From IMG/VR virus record IMGVR_UViG_3300042542_002916, positions 1 to 64,000 of that record: a stretch of 64,000 nt of DNA; one strand, given 5' to 3'. Both the position numbers and the translations under genes were made by a program. This document shows, in pieces, positions 7,883 to 18,528 of the stretch (position 1 is its first letter; every line of letters starts with the position of its first letter). The stretch is from a virus. Below the pieces are notes generated by a model that saw nothing but the letters and a program-made list of their open reading frames with translations, was not told the DNA's origin and did not search any database.

Positions 7883-10800
7883 ATGGCTATTGTAGGTGAT
7901 GCTTATATTGTCGTTCGCGCTCTCACCAACCGTATTGATAATGATATTAGAAATGGTTTTAGGGGAACGGACAAAATTGGTGAAGATGAAGGAAAAAAGA
8001 TTGGTGATTCTTTTAGTAGAGGTTTAAGCTCTTCTGGAGGAAAATCAAGTCTATTTAGTTCCAAATTTCTTAATGAAGCAGAGCAAGCAAGACAAGGATT
8101 TAACAAGCTAATTCAGACTGGTTACTTCTTAGGACCAGCTTTAGCAGGTGTTGCTGGTGCAGTTGGTGCACTAGGTGCATCTCTTGTCACTCTTACATCT
8201 GTATTAGGAGCAGCTGCCCCCTCAGCAATTGTTCTTGTTGGAGCACTAACTGCTTTAGCTCAAGCTGCAATTGTAGCTAAAATAGCTTTTGCTGGCGTTG
8301 GCAAAGCTATCGGAGCTGGTCTAAAAGCTTCAAAAGGTTCTGCAAAAGATACAGATGCACTAGCAGATGCAATCCGACGTACTGAAGATGCTCAACGGAG
8401 ACTGTTTAGGCTTCAAAACGAAGGTAGACCAGAGCTTTTAATTAGACTTACCGAACAACAAAAAGATGCAGAAGACTCTCTTGCTAATTCAAAAATTTCA
8501 GCTACAAGAGCTGAGCGAACATATAAAGAGTCTCAAGAAAAAACTAAAAAGGCTCTTGAAAACCTTAACAAAGCTCGTGAAGAGGCAAAAGAAAAACTAC
8601 AACAACTTCGCTTTGAAGTTGAGGGCGGTGCTATTTCTGAGAAGAAAGCACGCCTTGAGTTTGAAAAAGCTCGTGACTCACTGCAGCGCGTTCAAGACCT
8701 TCCACCAAACTCTCGCGCTCGTCAAGAGGCAGAGCTTGCATTTGCTGAAGCTGACCTCAATCTTCGTAAGGCAATTGATAAAAACAAAGATCTTAAATCA
8801 GAAGAGAAAAAAGCTACTGCTGCTGGTATTGAAGGTGCTCAAGCAGTTAAAGATGCAGTGCTTTCACGGCGTGATGCAATTAACGCCGAGGCTGACGCAT
8901 TAATTAATAGCAAACAGGCTAAAAAAGGTGTACTTGATGCAGAAAAAGCTCTTCAAGAAGCAACAGCAGAAGCTGGCAAAAATCCAGACGTCCAAAGCAA
9001 AGCACTACGAGATTTTGACAGACAGATAGCTGACGCAAAGCGTGCTGTAGAAGATGCAAAGAGAGATGAAGCAAAGGCTCGAAAGGGTTCAGGATCTGAT
9101 GCTTATGCAGATGCCCTAAATGATTTATCACCTGAGGCTAGAAGTTTTGTTGAATATATTGTTAGTCTTAAAGATGCATTCAAAGGGTTAAAAGCTGCTG
9201 CTGGTCAAGAATTATTTCCTAAGCTAGAAACAGCCATAAAAAATCTTCTTACAGAAGGCAACCTAAAAGTATTTAGAGACCTTCTCAGAGGAACTGGGTC
9301 TGCTTTAGGTGATGTTGCAATTGAAATATCAAAAACAATTACTGAAACTAAAAACTTTGGCGCTCTTCAACGTGTTTGGAAAACTAACGACAGGCTTATT
9401 GGCAAGTTAGGAAAAGTAACTGGAAATCTTTATGAAGGGTTTATAAATCTTTTAGATGCTGCAGGACCGCTCATTGACCGCTTTGGTGATTGGCTTGTAA
9501 AAATCACGGATACATGGTCAATGACCATGAAAGCCAAAAACGAGACTGGCAAGCTTACAGAGAACTTTAATAAAGCAGGAGATGTAGCTGCTCGTATTGG
9601 TGGAATTTTAAAGACTTACTTCAAGGGTTTCCAACAAATTGGAAAAGCTGTAATGGAAGGTGGCGCTGGAGAGCGTCTGCTTAAGTACTTTGAAGATGCT
9701 AGCAAGCGCTTTGAAGATTTAATGACCTCGATGAATGCTGATGGTTCTCTCGGTGAATACTTCGATAAAGCTACAGAAAACGGTCTCAAGGTATTAGACC
9801 TTCTTGTAAACATTGTTGCAGAGCTCTTAAAACTTGGTGATGATGAGGGTGTTGGTCTTTTTACTGATTCACTCAGCAGAGCAGTAGATACATTTGGAGA
9901 AATTGGAGGAGTCCTAACTGGTGCTGCTCCATCATTAGGACTCTTTGTTGAAGAATTTGCCCTTCTTATTAAGAACCTTACAGAGAGTGGTTCTATAGAC
10001 ACATTCTTTAAAATCCTAACCGAGGCTTTAGAAGTTTTAAATAAGATATTTGGAAACGAACAAGTTCAAGCAGTTATTAAATTTGTTGCTCCAATTTTTG
10101 CTATAACACGAGCTTTTGGCCTTATGTTTAAAGTTAGCAAGTTTGTTACTTTAGGCATAGCTGGAAACTTTATGGCACCGTTTAGAGCAGTCGGTAAGTT
10201 TAGAAAAGCTCTAGCCCCAGGTGGTGCTTTTGATGGACTTCGCCTCAAGGCTATGTATGCCACGGATGCTATTAAATCTGGATTTGGAAAAGTAAGTAAA
10301 GCTGCAGGTACAGCAAAAACTGCTATTGGTAATGCACTAACAACAGCTGGACAAGGAATTAAAGCTGGCGCAACAAAAGGTTTTGACGCTCTTAAATCAG
10401 GATTCTCAACTTTAGGAACTGCTGCAAAGAACGCTGCTATAGCAGTTGGAAATGCCTTAAAGAGGATAGTAATTGCTGTAGGACGCGCTTTGATGGCTAT
10501 CGGTCGTGCTTTGATGGCTAACCCATGGATTCTTATTATTATTGCAATCGTCGCGCTCGTTATTATCATTGTTAAAAACTGGGACAAGATTAAAGAAGTT
10601 GTTGGAGCAGCTGTTGAATGGATTGGTCAGAAAGTAGGAGCAGCTTGGGATTGGATTAAAGAGAAAACCTCTGGAGTTCTCAGTGCAGTTGTCACCTTCT
10701 TTACTGAGCTTCCAGGAAAACTATTAACTGCTATTCAAGGTTTAGCTACTACGGTTCTAGGGTTTATTGCTAAATATCACCCACTTGCCATTATTTGGAG

Positions 10801-11596
10801 ACTTGTATCTGAAAACTGGGAAAGTATTAAAACTTGGTTTACATCTCTTCCAGGGAAGATAAAAGACGCTGTAGTTGGCCTATCCACAACTGTTCTTGAG
10901 TTTATTAATAAGTATCACCCAATTCTTGTGATTTGGAGACTTGTTAACGAAAATTGGGAAAAGATTAAGACTTGGTTTACAGGTCTTCCTGGAAAAATTA
11001 AAGATGCGCTCGTTGGGCTCTCCACGACTGTCTCGGAATTTATCACTAAATATCACCCGATAGCTTTGTTAAAGAAAGCTGTTGAGGCTGCATGGCCTGC
11101 CGTATCTTCTTTTATTACATCAAAGCTTGACTCTATTGTCACCTTTATTAAAGGTCTTCCTTCCAAAATTGCATCTGCTGCAAGTGGAATGTTTAATGGA
11201 TTAAAAGAAGCGTTTAGAGGTGCAATTAACTTCATCATTGACAAATGGAACTCCCTATCATTCACACTTCCAAGCGTTACAGTATTTGGTAAAAAAATTG
11301 GAGGGTTTACACTCTCAACTCCTGACATACCAAGACTTGCTGCAGGTGGAGTTATCCCTGCATCACCAAACGGAACGCTTGCCACAATCGGTGAAGCAGG
11401 TCGTCCAGAGCGTGTAGAACCTCTTGACCCAGATGGTTTGTCAAAGCGTGACAAGGCAATCATCTCTATGCTCTCTGGTAATGGTGCTGGTGGAGCAACT
11501 ATCAATGTCTATCCATCAGCAGGAATGAACGAGCGTGAGCTTGCAAATCTTGTCTCTAAGCAACTTGCTTACCAGTTAAGAAAAGGTGCTGCATAA
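7883..11596 (+). CDS. Tape measure protein
   Basis: 1237 aa, helical and Ala-rich, with Trp/Phe-periodic repeats (KYHP..IWRLV.ENWE.IKTWFT.LPGKIKDA) and C-terminal IPRLAAGG..IGEAGRPE; RBS GGAGG. Confidence 0.92.
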   Translation: MAIVGDAYIVVRALTNRIDNDIRNGFRGTDKIGEDEGKKIGDSFSRGLSSSGGKSSLFSSKFLNEAEQARQGFNKLIQTGYFLGPALAGVAGAVGALGASLVTLTSVLGAAAPSAIVLVGALTALAQAAIVAKIAFAGVGKAIGAGLKASKGSAKDTDALADAIRRTEDAQRRLFRLQNEGRPELLIRLTEQQKDAEDSLANSKISATRAERTYKESQEKTKKALENLNKAREEAKEKLQQLRFEVEGGAISEKKARLEFEKARDSLQRVQDLPPNSRARQEAELAFAEADLNLRKAIDKNKDLKSEEKKATAAGIEGAQAVKDAVLSRRDAINAEADALINSKQAKKGVLDAEKALQEATAEAGKNPDVQSKALRDFDRQIADAKRAVEDAKRDEAKARKGSGSDAYADALNDLSPEARSFVEYIVSLKDAFKGLKAAAGQELFPKLETAIKNLLTEGNLKVFRDLLRGTGSALGDVAIEISKTITETKNFGALQRVWKTNDRLIGKLGKVTGNLYEGFINLLDAAGPLIDRFGDWLVKITDTWSMTMKAKNETGKLTENFNKAGDVAARIGGILKTYFKGFQQIGKAVMEGGAGERLLKYFEDASKRFEDLMTSMNADGSLGEYFDKATENGLKVLDLLVNIVAELLKLGDDEGVGLFTDSLSRAVDTFGEIGGVLTGAAPSLGLFVEEFALLIKNLTESGSIDTFFKILTEALEVLNKIFGNEQVQAVIKFVAPIFAITRAFGLMFKVSKFVTLGIAGNFMAPFRAVGKFRKALAPGGAFDGLRLKAMYATDAIKSGFGKVSKAAGTAKTAIGNALTTAGQGIKAGATKGFDALKSGFSTLGTAAKNAAIAVGNALKRIVIAVGRALMAIGRALMANPWILIIIAIVALVIIIVKNWDKIKEVVGAAVEWIGQKVGAAWDWIKEKTSGVLSAVVTFFTELPGKLLTAIQGLATTVLGFIAKYHPLAIIWRLVSENWESIKTWFTSLPGKIKDAVVGLSTTVLEFINKYHPILVIWRLVNENWEKIKTWFTGLPGKIKDALVGLSTTVSEFITKYHPIALLKKAVEAAWPAVSSFITSKLDSIVTFIKGLPSKIASAASGMFNGLKEAFRGAINFIIDKWNSLSFTLPSVTVFGKKIGGFTLSTPDIPRLAAGGVIPASPNGTLATIGEAGRPERVEPLDPDGLSKRDKAIISMLSGNGAGGATINVYPSAGMNERELANLVSKQLAYQLRKGAA

Positions 11597-13924
11597 ATGG
11601 CTAATCAAGCTCAGGAAAATAATTTTGTAGACCGTGGGTTAATTCCGCTTCCACAGCCACATCTAACTGGCATGAAGCTTCAAGCCAATATTATTCTTGG
11701 CGAGTTTATTTTTAACACCATTGACGAATATGGCGTTACTTGGGTTATAACAAATATTGATGGCTGGTGGCGTCACCCATCCCCTGAAATGCCAGATATT
11801 CCTCGTGGTTTTGGTGACGGTTCTTATGATGTTCAAGGACGCTACAGCGCTAGAAACTTTACCCTTGAAGGTGTATTCCTAACCCCAAATCCTTCTCTTG
11901 TGGAAGCAGCTCGCGACCGTTTAATTGCTGCTACAAACCTTGTATATCGAGGTGTATGGCTAAAGACTGGCAATGACCCAATTCGTGCGTCTTTTGTCCG
12001 TCTTGGTGGAGATGTAAATATTGACACTGTTAACGCAAGAGGACGCACTGAGTTTTCTATCTCTCTTCGTGCTGCAGACCCAATTAAATACTCTTGGAAT
12101 GATACAAACGAAGATGGTTATGACACCGTTGATATTCCAGTTAAAAATTTAACTTTAGGCTATGCAGGCTCTGGAATTGTGACAAACGTTGGAAATTACA
12201 ACGTTCCTTGCTATCTAGAAGTAAGCGGTCCTTTTACTGGTCCAGGTAGAATTTTTAACAGAACAACAGAAGAACTTATTCTTATTACTCAAGGTCTAAA
12301 AGGAAGTATTGTTAGTTCTATTGTCAACAAGCAGTTGATCTTTAATGTGGAAACTCTTGAGGATATAGCAACTCTGACTACCACCACTGCTCATAGGTTT
12401 ACTGTAGGAAGTAGCATCTTTGTCTCTGGTTTAGGTTCTCCTTTTGATGGAGAGCAGATCATAACTTCAATCCCTACAGACACCACATTTACCTATGTTG
12501 CTGGTGCAGCATCAATCAGGTCTGTAACACACAAGGCTCTTGCTTCAAGCGTAGCTACATTAGAGACAACAGCTGCTCATGGTTTTACAACTGGTCAACA
12601 AATCCTAATTAATGGTGTAGATGCATTGTTTGACGGAACATATACGATTACCTCAACACCTACTTCTAGCAAGTTTACTTACGCAAAAACTCGCGTACCG
12701 CCCAGAACAATTACAGCTAAGGTACTTGTCTCAAACATTGCAACTTTAACTACTTCTGACGCTCATCAATTTATTATCGGTGAGCAGGTGACAATCGCTG
12801 ATGTAGATGTCAACTTTAATGGCGTGTACACAATTGTTGCTACACCATCTACAACCGAGTTTAGCTACGCTGCTACTCGTACAAACGCTCGTTTTGTGAA
12901 TAATAAATCTATGGCTGCAGATGTTGTTACATTGACAACCACGGTTCCACATGGCTTTGTGCCTAATGAAACAGTCAACATTTCTAATATTGACTTATCT
13001 CTCAATGGTGGCTACACCATTACAGCAACTCCAACCTCTACAACTTTCTCATACAAGCGTCCTCGCGCAACTCAGAGAAGTATTATAGTAAAAGCTATTT
13101 CCTCTAATACAGCAACTCTCACAACTTCAGAGCCTCATGGTTATGTAGTGGGGGAAAAAGTTGTTGTAGAAAACGTCGGTTCTCCATTTGATGGAACATA
13201 CACAATCACTAGCCTGCCAAGTAACTCAACATTTACTTATGCAAAAACAGCTTCTGATTTAATTGCTACAGCCGTCACAGACGCCACAGTAAGAGCTGGA
13301 AGTCGTAAGATTAAATCTCGTCAGTTGGTTGGTAACTCCGTGACTATCTCAACTATAAACACACACGGTGTAATCCTCGGGGAGCAAGTCACTATTGTAG
13401 GTGTCGGTTCTCCATTTGATGGAACATACACCGTTACATCAGTTCCAACTAATACCAGCTTTACTTACGCAAAAGTAGATACAAACGTTGCTTTAGCAAA
13501 TGTCGATACTGATGGTGTTGTAGAAATGCCAGGAACTATTACATCAACTGGTGTAACACCAGACGGTCTTGCTTCTGTTGCAGGTTCTCTTGTGTTTCAG
13601 GCAGCTACTGGAACAGCAAGCGTTTCTGACACAATTGCAAGAATTGTAGCTTCTGGAAAAGCAATCAAAACTAACAACGTAACCTTCACCCCAGGTATTA
13701 GTGGAGCAACAGCAGTTCTTCAAGCAGACATTCTTGAGATTGATACTCAAAACAGAGAAGTTGCTTTTAATGGTGAACTTGAAGGAGCTAGAGGACGCAT
13801 TGATGTTCTTGCTGACTTTATCAAGCTTGCTCCTGGAGATAATGAGATAGAATTTGAAGACACTGGTGCTCCAGAGGGAACAGCAAGTCTTCGGGTGTAT
13901 TACCGCTCTGGATGGCTTGGATAA
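11597..13924 (+). CDS. Distal tail (Dit-like) protein carrying six inserted FCCH-like beta domains
   Basis: Follows the tape measure gene. N-terminal IDGWW..P/LRAADPIKYS and C-terminal KLAPGDNEIEF..YRSGW; six HG..G repeats in between. Confidence 0.8.
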   Translation: MANQAQENNFVDRGLIPLPQPHLTGMKLQANIILGEFIFNTIDEYGVTWVITNIDGWWRHPSPEMPDIPRGFGDGSYDVQGRYSARNFTLEGVFLTPNPSLVEAARDRLIAATNLVYRGVWLKTGNDPIRASFVRLGGDVNIDTVNARGRTEFSISLRAADPIKYSWNDTNEDGYDTVDIPVKNLTLGYAGSGIVTNVGNYNVPCYLEVSGPFTGPGRIFNRTTEELILITQGLKGSIVSSIVNKQLIFNVETLEDIATLTTTTAHRFTVGSSIFVSGLGSPFDGEQIITSIPTDTTFTYVAGAASIRSVTHKALASSVATLETTAAHGFTTGQQILINGVDALFDGTYTITSTPTSSKFTYAKTRVPPRTITAKVLVSNIATLTTSDAHQFIIGEQVTIADVDVNFNGVYTIVATPSTTEFSYAATRTNARFVNNKSMAADVVTLTTTVPHGFVPNETVNISNIDLSLNGGYTITATPTSTTFSYKRPRATQRSIIVKAISSNTATLTTSEPHGYVVGEKVVVENVGSPFDGTYTITSLPSNSTFTYAKTASDLIATAVTDATVRAGSRKIKSRQLVGNSVTISTINTHGVILGEQVTIVGVGSPFDGTYTVTSVPTNTSFTYAKVDTNVALANVDTDGVVEMPGTITSTGVTPDGLASVAGSLVFQAATGTASVSDTIARIVASGKAIKTNNVTFTPGISGATAVLQADILEIDTQNREVAFNGELEGARGRIDVLADFIKLAPGDNEIEFEDTGAPEGTASLRVYYRSGWLG

Positions 13925-13951
13925 TGAAACGACATAGACAGGACGAAAAAC

Positions 13952-15967
13952 ATGGCTCTTCAGACATCTGTTGAATATAGATATTTTCTAACAGACCTCC
14001 TTACTAACTCTGTTATCTCTGAAATACCCTTTAAAGGGGTTTCTTATCAACGTGTGAATCGTCGTGCTGGAGAGTTTTCTGGGGACATACCTTTCATTGA
14101 GGCAACAAAAGGTTTAGATATTTACGAAGCAACAATGCCGGGAAGAACTGGCTTGTATGTAATGCGTAATCAAGTCTGTGTGTGGGGTGGGATTATTTGG
14201 TCACGTTCTTATAGCGTAGAAAGCAAAACTCTCTCTGTAAGCGCTTCAGAATTTACAAGCTATTTTTACCACCGAAATCTATGGCAAACTCTTCAATACG
14301 GTTCCGAGTTTGTTGGTATCTCTTCTTTTGCCGTATCTAGTGGAACAGGAACTATTACAACAGAAGTAACCCATGGGTTTGTTGTTGGTCAAAAAGTAAA
14401 AATTACTTTCACCAGTCCGCTTGTTGATGGTGTCCACACAGTTACGGCTGTTCCTGCAACAAACCAATATCAATTTACAACAACTTCTGCAAACGGTTCT
14501 GGACCAAGTACAAGTGGAGCTTGTAGAAGCTTGGTTGACACATACGATTTTGCACGAGATTTGGTTTATAGAGTTGCAACTGATTTAGGTGGAATTAACT
14601 TTGCCAATGAAGTTATTAAGCCAGCTAAAGAGCTACAAGGCTCTGTTATCTCTAAGCGTCGCTCGGCTGGTCTTGTAACTCTACGAACATCTTCACCGCA
14701 TGAGGCAATACCTGGTCAAGAGATTGAGGTTGTAGAAGTAGGCTCTGGTTTAGATGGTCTTCATGTTATTACAGAAGTCCCAAATTCTTCAACAATTGTT
14801 TATAGCTTAAGTGGTGCAGATTTGTCGGAGACTGCCATATCTGGTATCCGTTCTCTAAACGTAATTAGAAAAAAACTTGTAGACAATCTTGCAACTATTA
14901 CCTTAGATAGACCTCATGGAGCAGCGGTAGGGCAAACTGTAATTTTGGAAGGTATAGATGCTTTCTATACAAAAAAACTAGATTCAACATTTAACGGTCG
15001 ATTTACTATTACAGGTATTCCATCAGCTACAGAATTTACTTTTATCTCTGGAGGAATTTTAAATGTAATAGACCCTGCTACTGGCAATGGACTTGTTGTA
15101 GCTGGCGGTATTGCAACCTTTGGTTCAAAATTTATTTATGGAGACTTTGGAAGTTTTACATCTAACTCTGATATTGGAATTCTCTTTGAGAGTCTTGCAA
15201 AAAGTGGTGAATATCAAGATACCCAAATCTTTCGTGGTTTTGAGCAAAGAAGTGTTGGTGAAGTTCTAGAGACATATTCAAACATTGTTAAAGGTGGTTT
15301 TGAGTATCGAATCGACTGTGACTATGACTTTGATACTGCACAGTTCACAAGGACTTTTAGAATTCTACCAATTGAGAGGTCCCAGTCTCCTTTAGGTTTT
15401 GTGTACACAGCTGAGGAGCTAGGCGCAGATCAGATTGTTTTTGAGTATCCAGGCAATATCTCCACCTTTACCGTCGAAGAAAGCTCGGAAGATTCTGCAA
15501 CAAGATTTTTTGTTGTTGGAAATATAGAAGACTTATCAGACGCTGCAAGTCAGCCATATGCGGGTGCTTCAGCTAAAGACCTTCTTGATAATAAAACTGG
15601 AAGAAGTTGGCCTATTCTTGACCAAGTAGAGACTCTTGATAAAGTCCAAGATGAGCTAACTCTATATAACTACGCAGAAGATTATTTATACGAGTCAAGA
15701 CCTCCTATTGGTAAATACAGCATTACCGTAAATGGTTCTCTTGCTCCAATTATTGGTTCCTATTTCCCGGGGGATTGGTGCTCTGTCATCATTGATGATG
15801 AATATGTTCGTCAGCGTTTAGCAAATGACCAAGAGCCTAGAGATGACCTGTTGATTAGGAAAATTAACTCGTATACGGTTAATGTCCCAGACAGTCCTAC
15901 ATTTCCAGAATCAGTACAATTAGAACTAATTACAGACTGGAAAGTCGATAAAAGAGTGGATGCATAA
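13952..15967 (+). CDS. Minor tail/baseplate hub protein (Gp37-like) with three inserted FCCH-like domains
   Basis: YRYFLTDLLT, VWGGIIWSR, FEYPGNI and YFPGDWC motifs; follows the Dit gene. Confidence 0.75.
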   Translation: MALQTSVEYRYFLTDLLTNSVISEIPFKGVSYQRVNRRAGEFSGDIPFIEATKGLDIYEATMPGRTGLYVMRNQVCVWGGIIWSRSYSVESKTLSVSASEFTSYFYHRNLWQTLQYGSEFVGISSFAVSSGTGTITTEVTHGFVVGQKVKITFTSPLVDGVHTVTAVPATNQYQFTTTSANGSGPSTSGACRSLVDTYDFARDLVYRVATDLGGINFANEVIKPAKELQGSVISKRRSAGLVTLRTSSPHEAIPGQEIEVVEVGSGLDGLHVITEVPNSSTIVYSLSGADLSETAISGIRSLNVIRKKLVDNLATITLDRPHGAAVGQTVILEGIDAFYTKKLDSTFNGRFTITGIPSATEFTFISGGILNVIDPATGNGLVVAGGIATFGSKFIYGDFGSFTSNSDIGILFESLAKSGEYQDTQIFRGFEQRSVGEVLETYSNIVKGGFEYRIDCDYDFDTAQFTRTFRILPIERSQSPLGFVYTAEELGADQIVFEYPGNISTFTVEESSEDSATRFFVVGNIEDLSDAASQPYAGASAKDLLDNKTGRSWPILDQVETLDKVQDELTLYNYAEDYLYESRPPIGKYSITVNGSLAPIIGSYFPGDWCSVIIDDEYVRQRLANDQEPRDDLLIRKINSYTVNVPDSPTFPESVQLELITDWKVDKRVDA

Positions 15968-15969
15968 AA

Positions 15970-17571
15970 ATGGCAACTAGAAGAAGTGCAAGAAGTTCCT
16001 CTATTACTGGGTCTATTAGCGATGTTATGCGTCGTATTAAATATCTAGAATCCCGACCTGCTCCGTCAAAGCTTGCTAACCAAGTTGTGCGACGAGACAA
16101 CATTCAACCACGAGCTATAGCAACTGACCAAATTGCTCTTCAAGCTATTACAAACAGTCAAATGGCTGCAGACGCAATTGCTCAAGCGCAGTTGCAGGCT
16201 AACTCTGTTGGTAATGATGAGCTGGCTGACAACTCTGTTAACAGTGCTGAGATTGTAGATAATGCTGTTGGCAGTTCTGAAATTGCATCTGGTGCTGTTA
16301 AAGCAGATGAGATTGATGTAGATGCGGTTGGAAGCTCAGAAATTGGAACTAATGCTGTAGATAGCTCAGAGATAAATGCTAACGCTGTCGGTAATGATGA
16401 ATTGGGTACAGACTCGGTTCGCTCAGATGAGATTTTTGCTGATTCTGTTGGTAACTCAGAAATTGGATCTAACGCCGTAGATAGTGCTGAAATTACTACT
16501 AATGCCGTGGGTGCCGATGAAATCGCTACTAACGGTGTTGGTGCTGATGAAATTGCCTTAGATGGTGTTGGCAGTTCAGAGATTTCGACTAATGCTGTAG
16601 ATAGTGCAGAGATTAATGCTAATGCTGTTACTGCTGATGAAATCGCTACTAACGGTGTTGGCACTGATGAGATTGCTCTAGACGGTGTTGGAAGCTCTGA
16701 GATTGCAACAAACGCTGTAGATACTGCTGAGATTGCAACAAACGGTGTTGGTGCTGATGAAATTGCAACAAATGCTGTTGGTGTTGATGAAATTGGTTTA
16801 GATGCTGTAGGTAACAATGAGCTTGGTAACCTTGCTGTAGATACAGCAAACATTGTAGATTCGGCTGTTACTGCTAGCAAAATAGCTACAGGTTCTATTA
16901 ATGGATCTTTAATCACTCCAACTCACATTGCAACTAACTCTGTAGGTCAAGCAACCATTGGCCCAAACGCAGTTGGTTCTGGTGAAATTATTAACGGTGC
17001 AGTTGGTTCTGATGAAATTGCTGCAGGAGCAGTAACTTCAGGTAAAATCGGGGCTAATGCCGTAACTTACGATAAGCTTGGATCAAGCACCATCGGACCC
17101 GGAGCAAATCAAGTTGCTCGCGGAAGTCATACGCATAGTGATTTTTCTAGTAGCACGCACAATCACAACGTAACAATTCCATCTGGTGGAGCACACAGCC
17201 ACATTGGAGTTTCTGGAGCTCACGCTCACTCAGGATCAACAGGCGGACCTTCATCTCGAAGATTTAAAACTGAAATCTCTGACTACATGCCAGAAGATTT
17301 GCAAAAAATTCTTCAGTTAAATTTAGTTAAATATAAATACCACAAAAGATGGACGCCACTTAATAGAGGTCGTGAGTGGAGCTACGGCTATATCGCGGAA
17401 GACGTAGAAGATTTAGGCGTTCAAGAAATTATTGAGTATGATGATAAAAAACGACCTTCCGCAATTAATTACGGTCTTTTATCGACATTTGTCTTAGAGA
17501 TTGTAAAGGTTCAGCAAAATGAGATAGACTTACTCAAGCAGCAACTAGCAAAGTTGATGGAGACAAAATGA
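15970..17571 (+). CDS. Tail fibre with decapeptide repeats, HxH tip motifs and a C-terminal S74-type intramolecular chaperone
   Basis: Roughly 30 repeats of (N/D)(A/S/G)V(G/D)xxEIxx; HTH/HNH/HSH/HAH; SSRRFKTEI...YGYIAEDV...INYG followed by a coiled coil. Confidence 0.8.
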   Translation: MATRRSARSSSITGSISDVMRRIKYLESRPAPSKLANQVVRRDNIQPRAIATDQIALQAITNSQMAADAIAQAQLQANSVGNDELADNSVNSAEIVDNAVGSSEIASGAVKADEIDVDAVGSSEIGTNAVDSSEINANAVGNDELGTDSVRSDEIFADSVGNSEIGSNAVDSAEITTNAVGADEIATNGVGADEIALDGVGSSEISTNAVDSAEINANAVTADEIATNGVGTDEIALDGVGSSEIATNAVDTAEIATNGVGADEIATNAVGVDEIGLDAVGNNELGNLAVDTANIVDSAVTASKIATGSINGSLITPTHIATNSVGQATIGPNAVGSGEIINGAVGSDEIAAGAVTSGKIGANAVTYDKLGSSTIGPGANQVARGSHTHSDFSSSTHNHNVTIPSGGAHSHIGVSGAHAHSGSTGGPSSRRFKTEISDYMPEDLQKILQLNLVKYKYHKRWTPLNRGREWSYGYIAEDVEDLGVQEIIEYDDKKRPSAINYGLLSTFVLEIVKVQQNEIDLLKQQLAKLMETK

Positions 17572-18026
17572 TAGAATACAAAGCTAAATATGAAGCTGGA
17601 CAACAGCCTCATATCTGCAAGCTTATTACTGCATCTAGTGGTGAAGAGTTTTGCACAGAAATTAATCTTACAAATAAGTCTGAAGTCGAGAATGTTTCAG
17701 ACGAAACCATTAACGAGCATATTGATAATTTAATAAAGTACTTACATCATTTAACAGGTGAGTTAGAGCTCTATCCAGAACCAGAAGTGTGGAGCCAACC
17801 TTGGCCTTTTAAAAACTTAAAAGAGGTTTATGAAACTACAAAAGAAATGATGGATTGGTGGGGTCATTTAAATTACAATGACCAAGAGGGTAGAAATATA
17901 GTTATGACTGAAGCAGAGCACGAATTACTTCATCAGTTTGACGAACCGCACGAGCATGATCCAGTGACTGATGAACCTATCTATGGATTAGGCGTAAGAG
18001 GAGAACACGGGTCAACTAATGTATGA
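17568..18026 (+). CDS. Hypothetical protein
   Basis: ATGA-coupled to the tail fibre gene; GGAG RBS. Confidence 0.6.
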   Translation: MIEYKAKYEAGQQPHICKLITASSGEEFCTEINLTNKSEVENVSDETINEHIDNLIKYLHHLTGELELYPEPEVWSQPWPFKNLKEVYETTKEMMDWWGHLNYNDQEGRNIVMTEAEHELLHQFDEPHEHDPVTDEPIYGLGVRGEHGSTNV

Positions 18027-18489
18027 AGTAAAAGACGGTTCCCGTACTCTTCAATTTAATGGTCGTTTATTAGGAGAGTCTTCCTCATGGCGTCGTGGTT
18101 CTACTAGATGGATTGAGTTTAAGCTTTACAAGACAGAGAATGGTTCATACATTCTTTCTCGTGTAGGCGTGTCTCTTATGTTTCATGGAGCTGCCTGTCC
18201 ACTTGTCAAGCGTTACAACCTCACAGAGGCATCATCAGATGAGCTTAAGAGTGATGCACTTCCTTGTGAAGAGTGTTTCCCATCTCGCTCACTGCCTGTT
18301 GTCTTCCCTGAAAAAGACCGAACATGGGCTCAAGTAAGCGAAGACCCAACACCAGTTTTAGATGCTCTTTACAAATACGACCAAGGTGGGGCAAGATATT
18401 TAACTAATGTTGCTCAACGGTTGTTAGAACTAGCAGCAGATCAAGACGAAAAAATTGACAGTATCTATAGAGTGGAAATGATTCCATAA
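18019..18489 (+). CDS. Hypothetical protein, possible Zn-binding (HxxxC...CxxC)
   Basis: GGAG upstream; HGAAC and CEEC motifs. Confidence 0.6.
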   Translation: MYEVKDGSRTLQFNGRLLGESSSWRRGSTRWIEFKLYKTENGSYILSRVGVSLMFHGAACPLVKRYNLTEASSDELKSDALPCEECFPSRSLPVVFPEKDRTWAQVSEDPTPVLDALYKYDQGGARYLTNVAQRLLELAADQDEKIDSIYRVEMIP

Positions 18490-18528
18490 AAGAGATATAT
18501 TAGTTTTACCTTCAAGACAGAGGAAAAA

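Noticed and set aside
16180-16860. 30-nt periodic repeats as a CRISPR array
   Set aside because: Degenerate coding repeats with no constant repeat/unique spacer structure.
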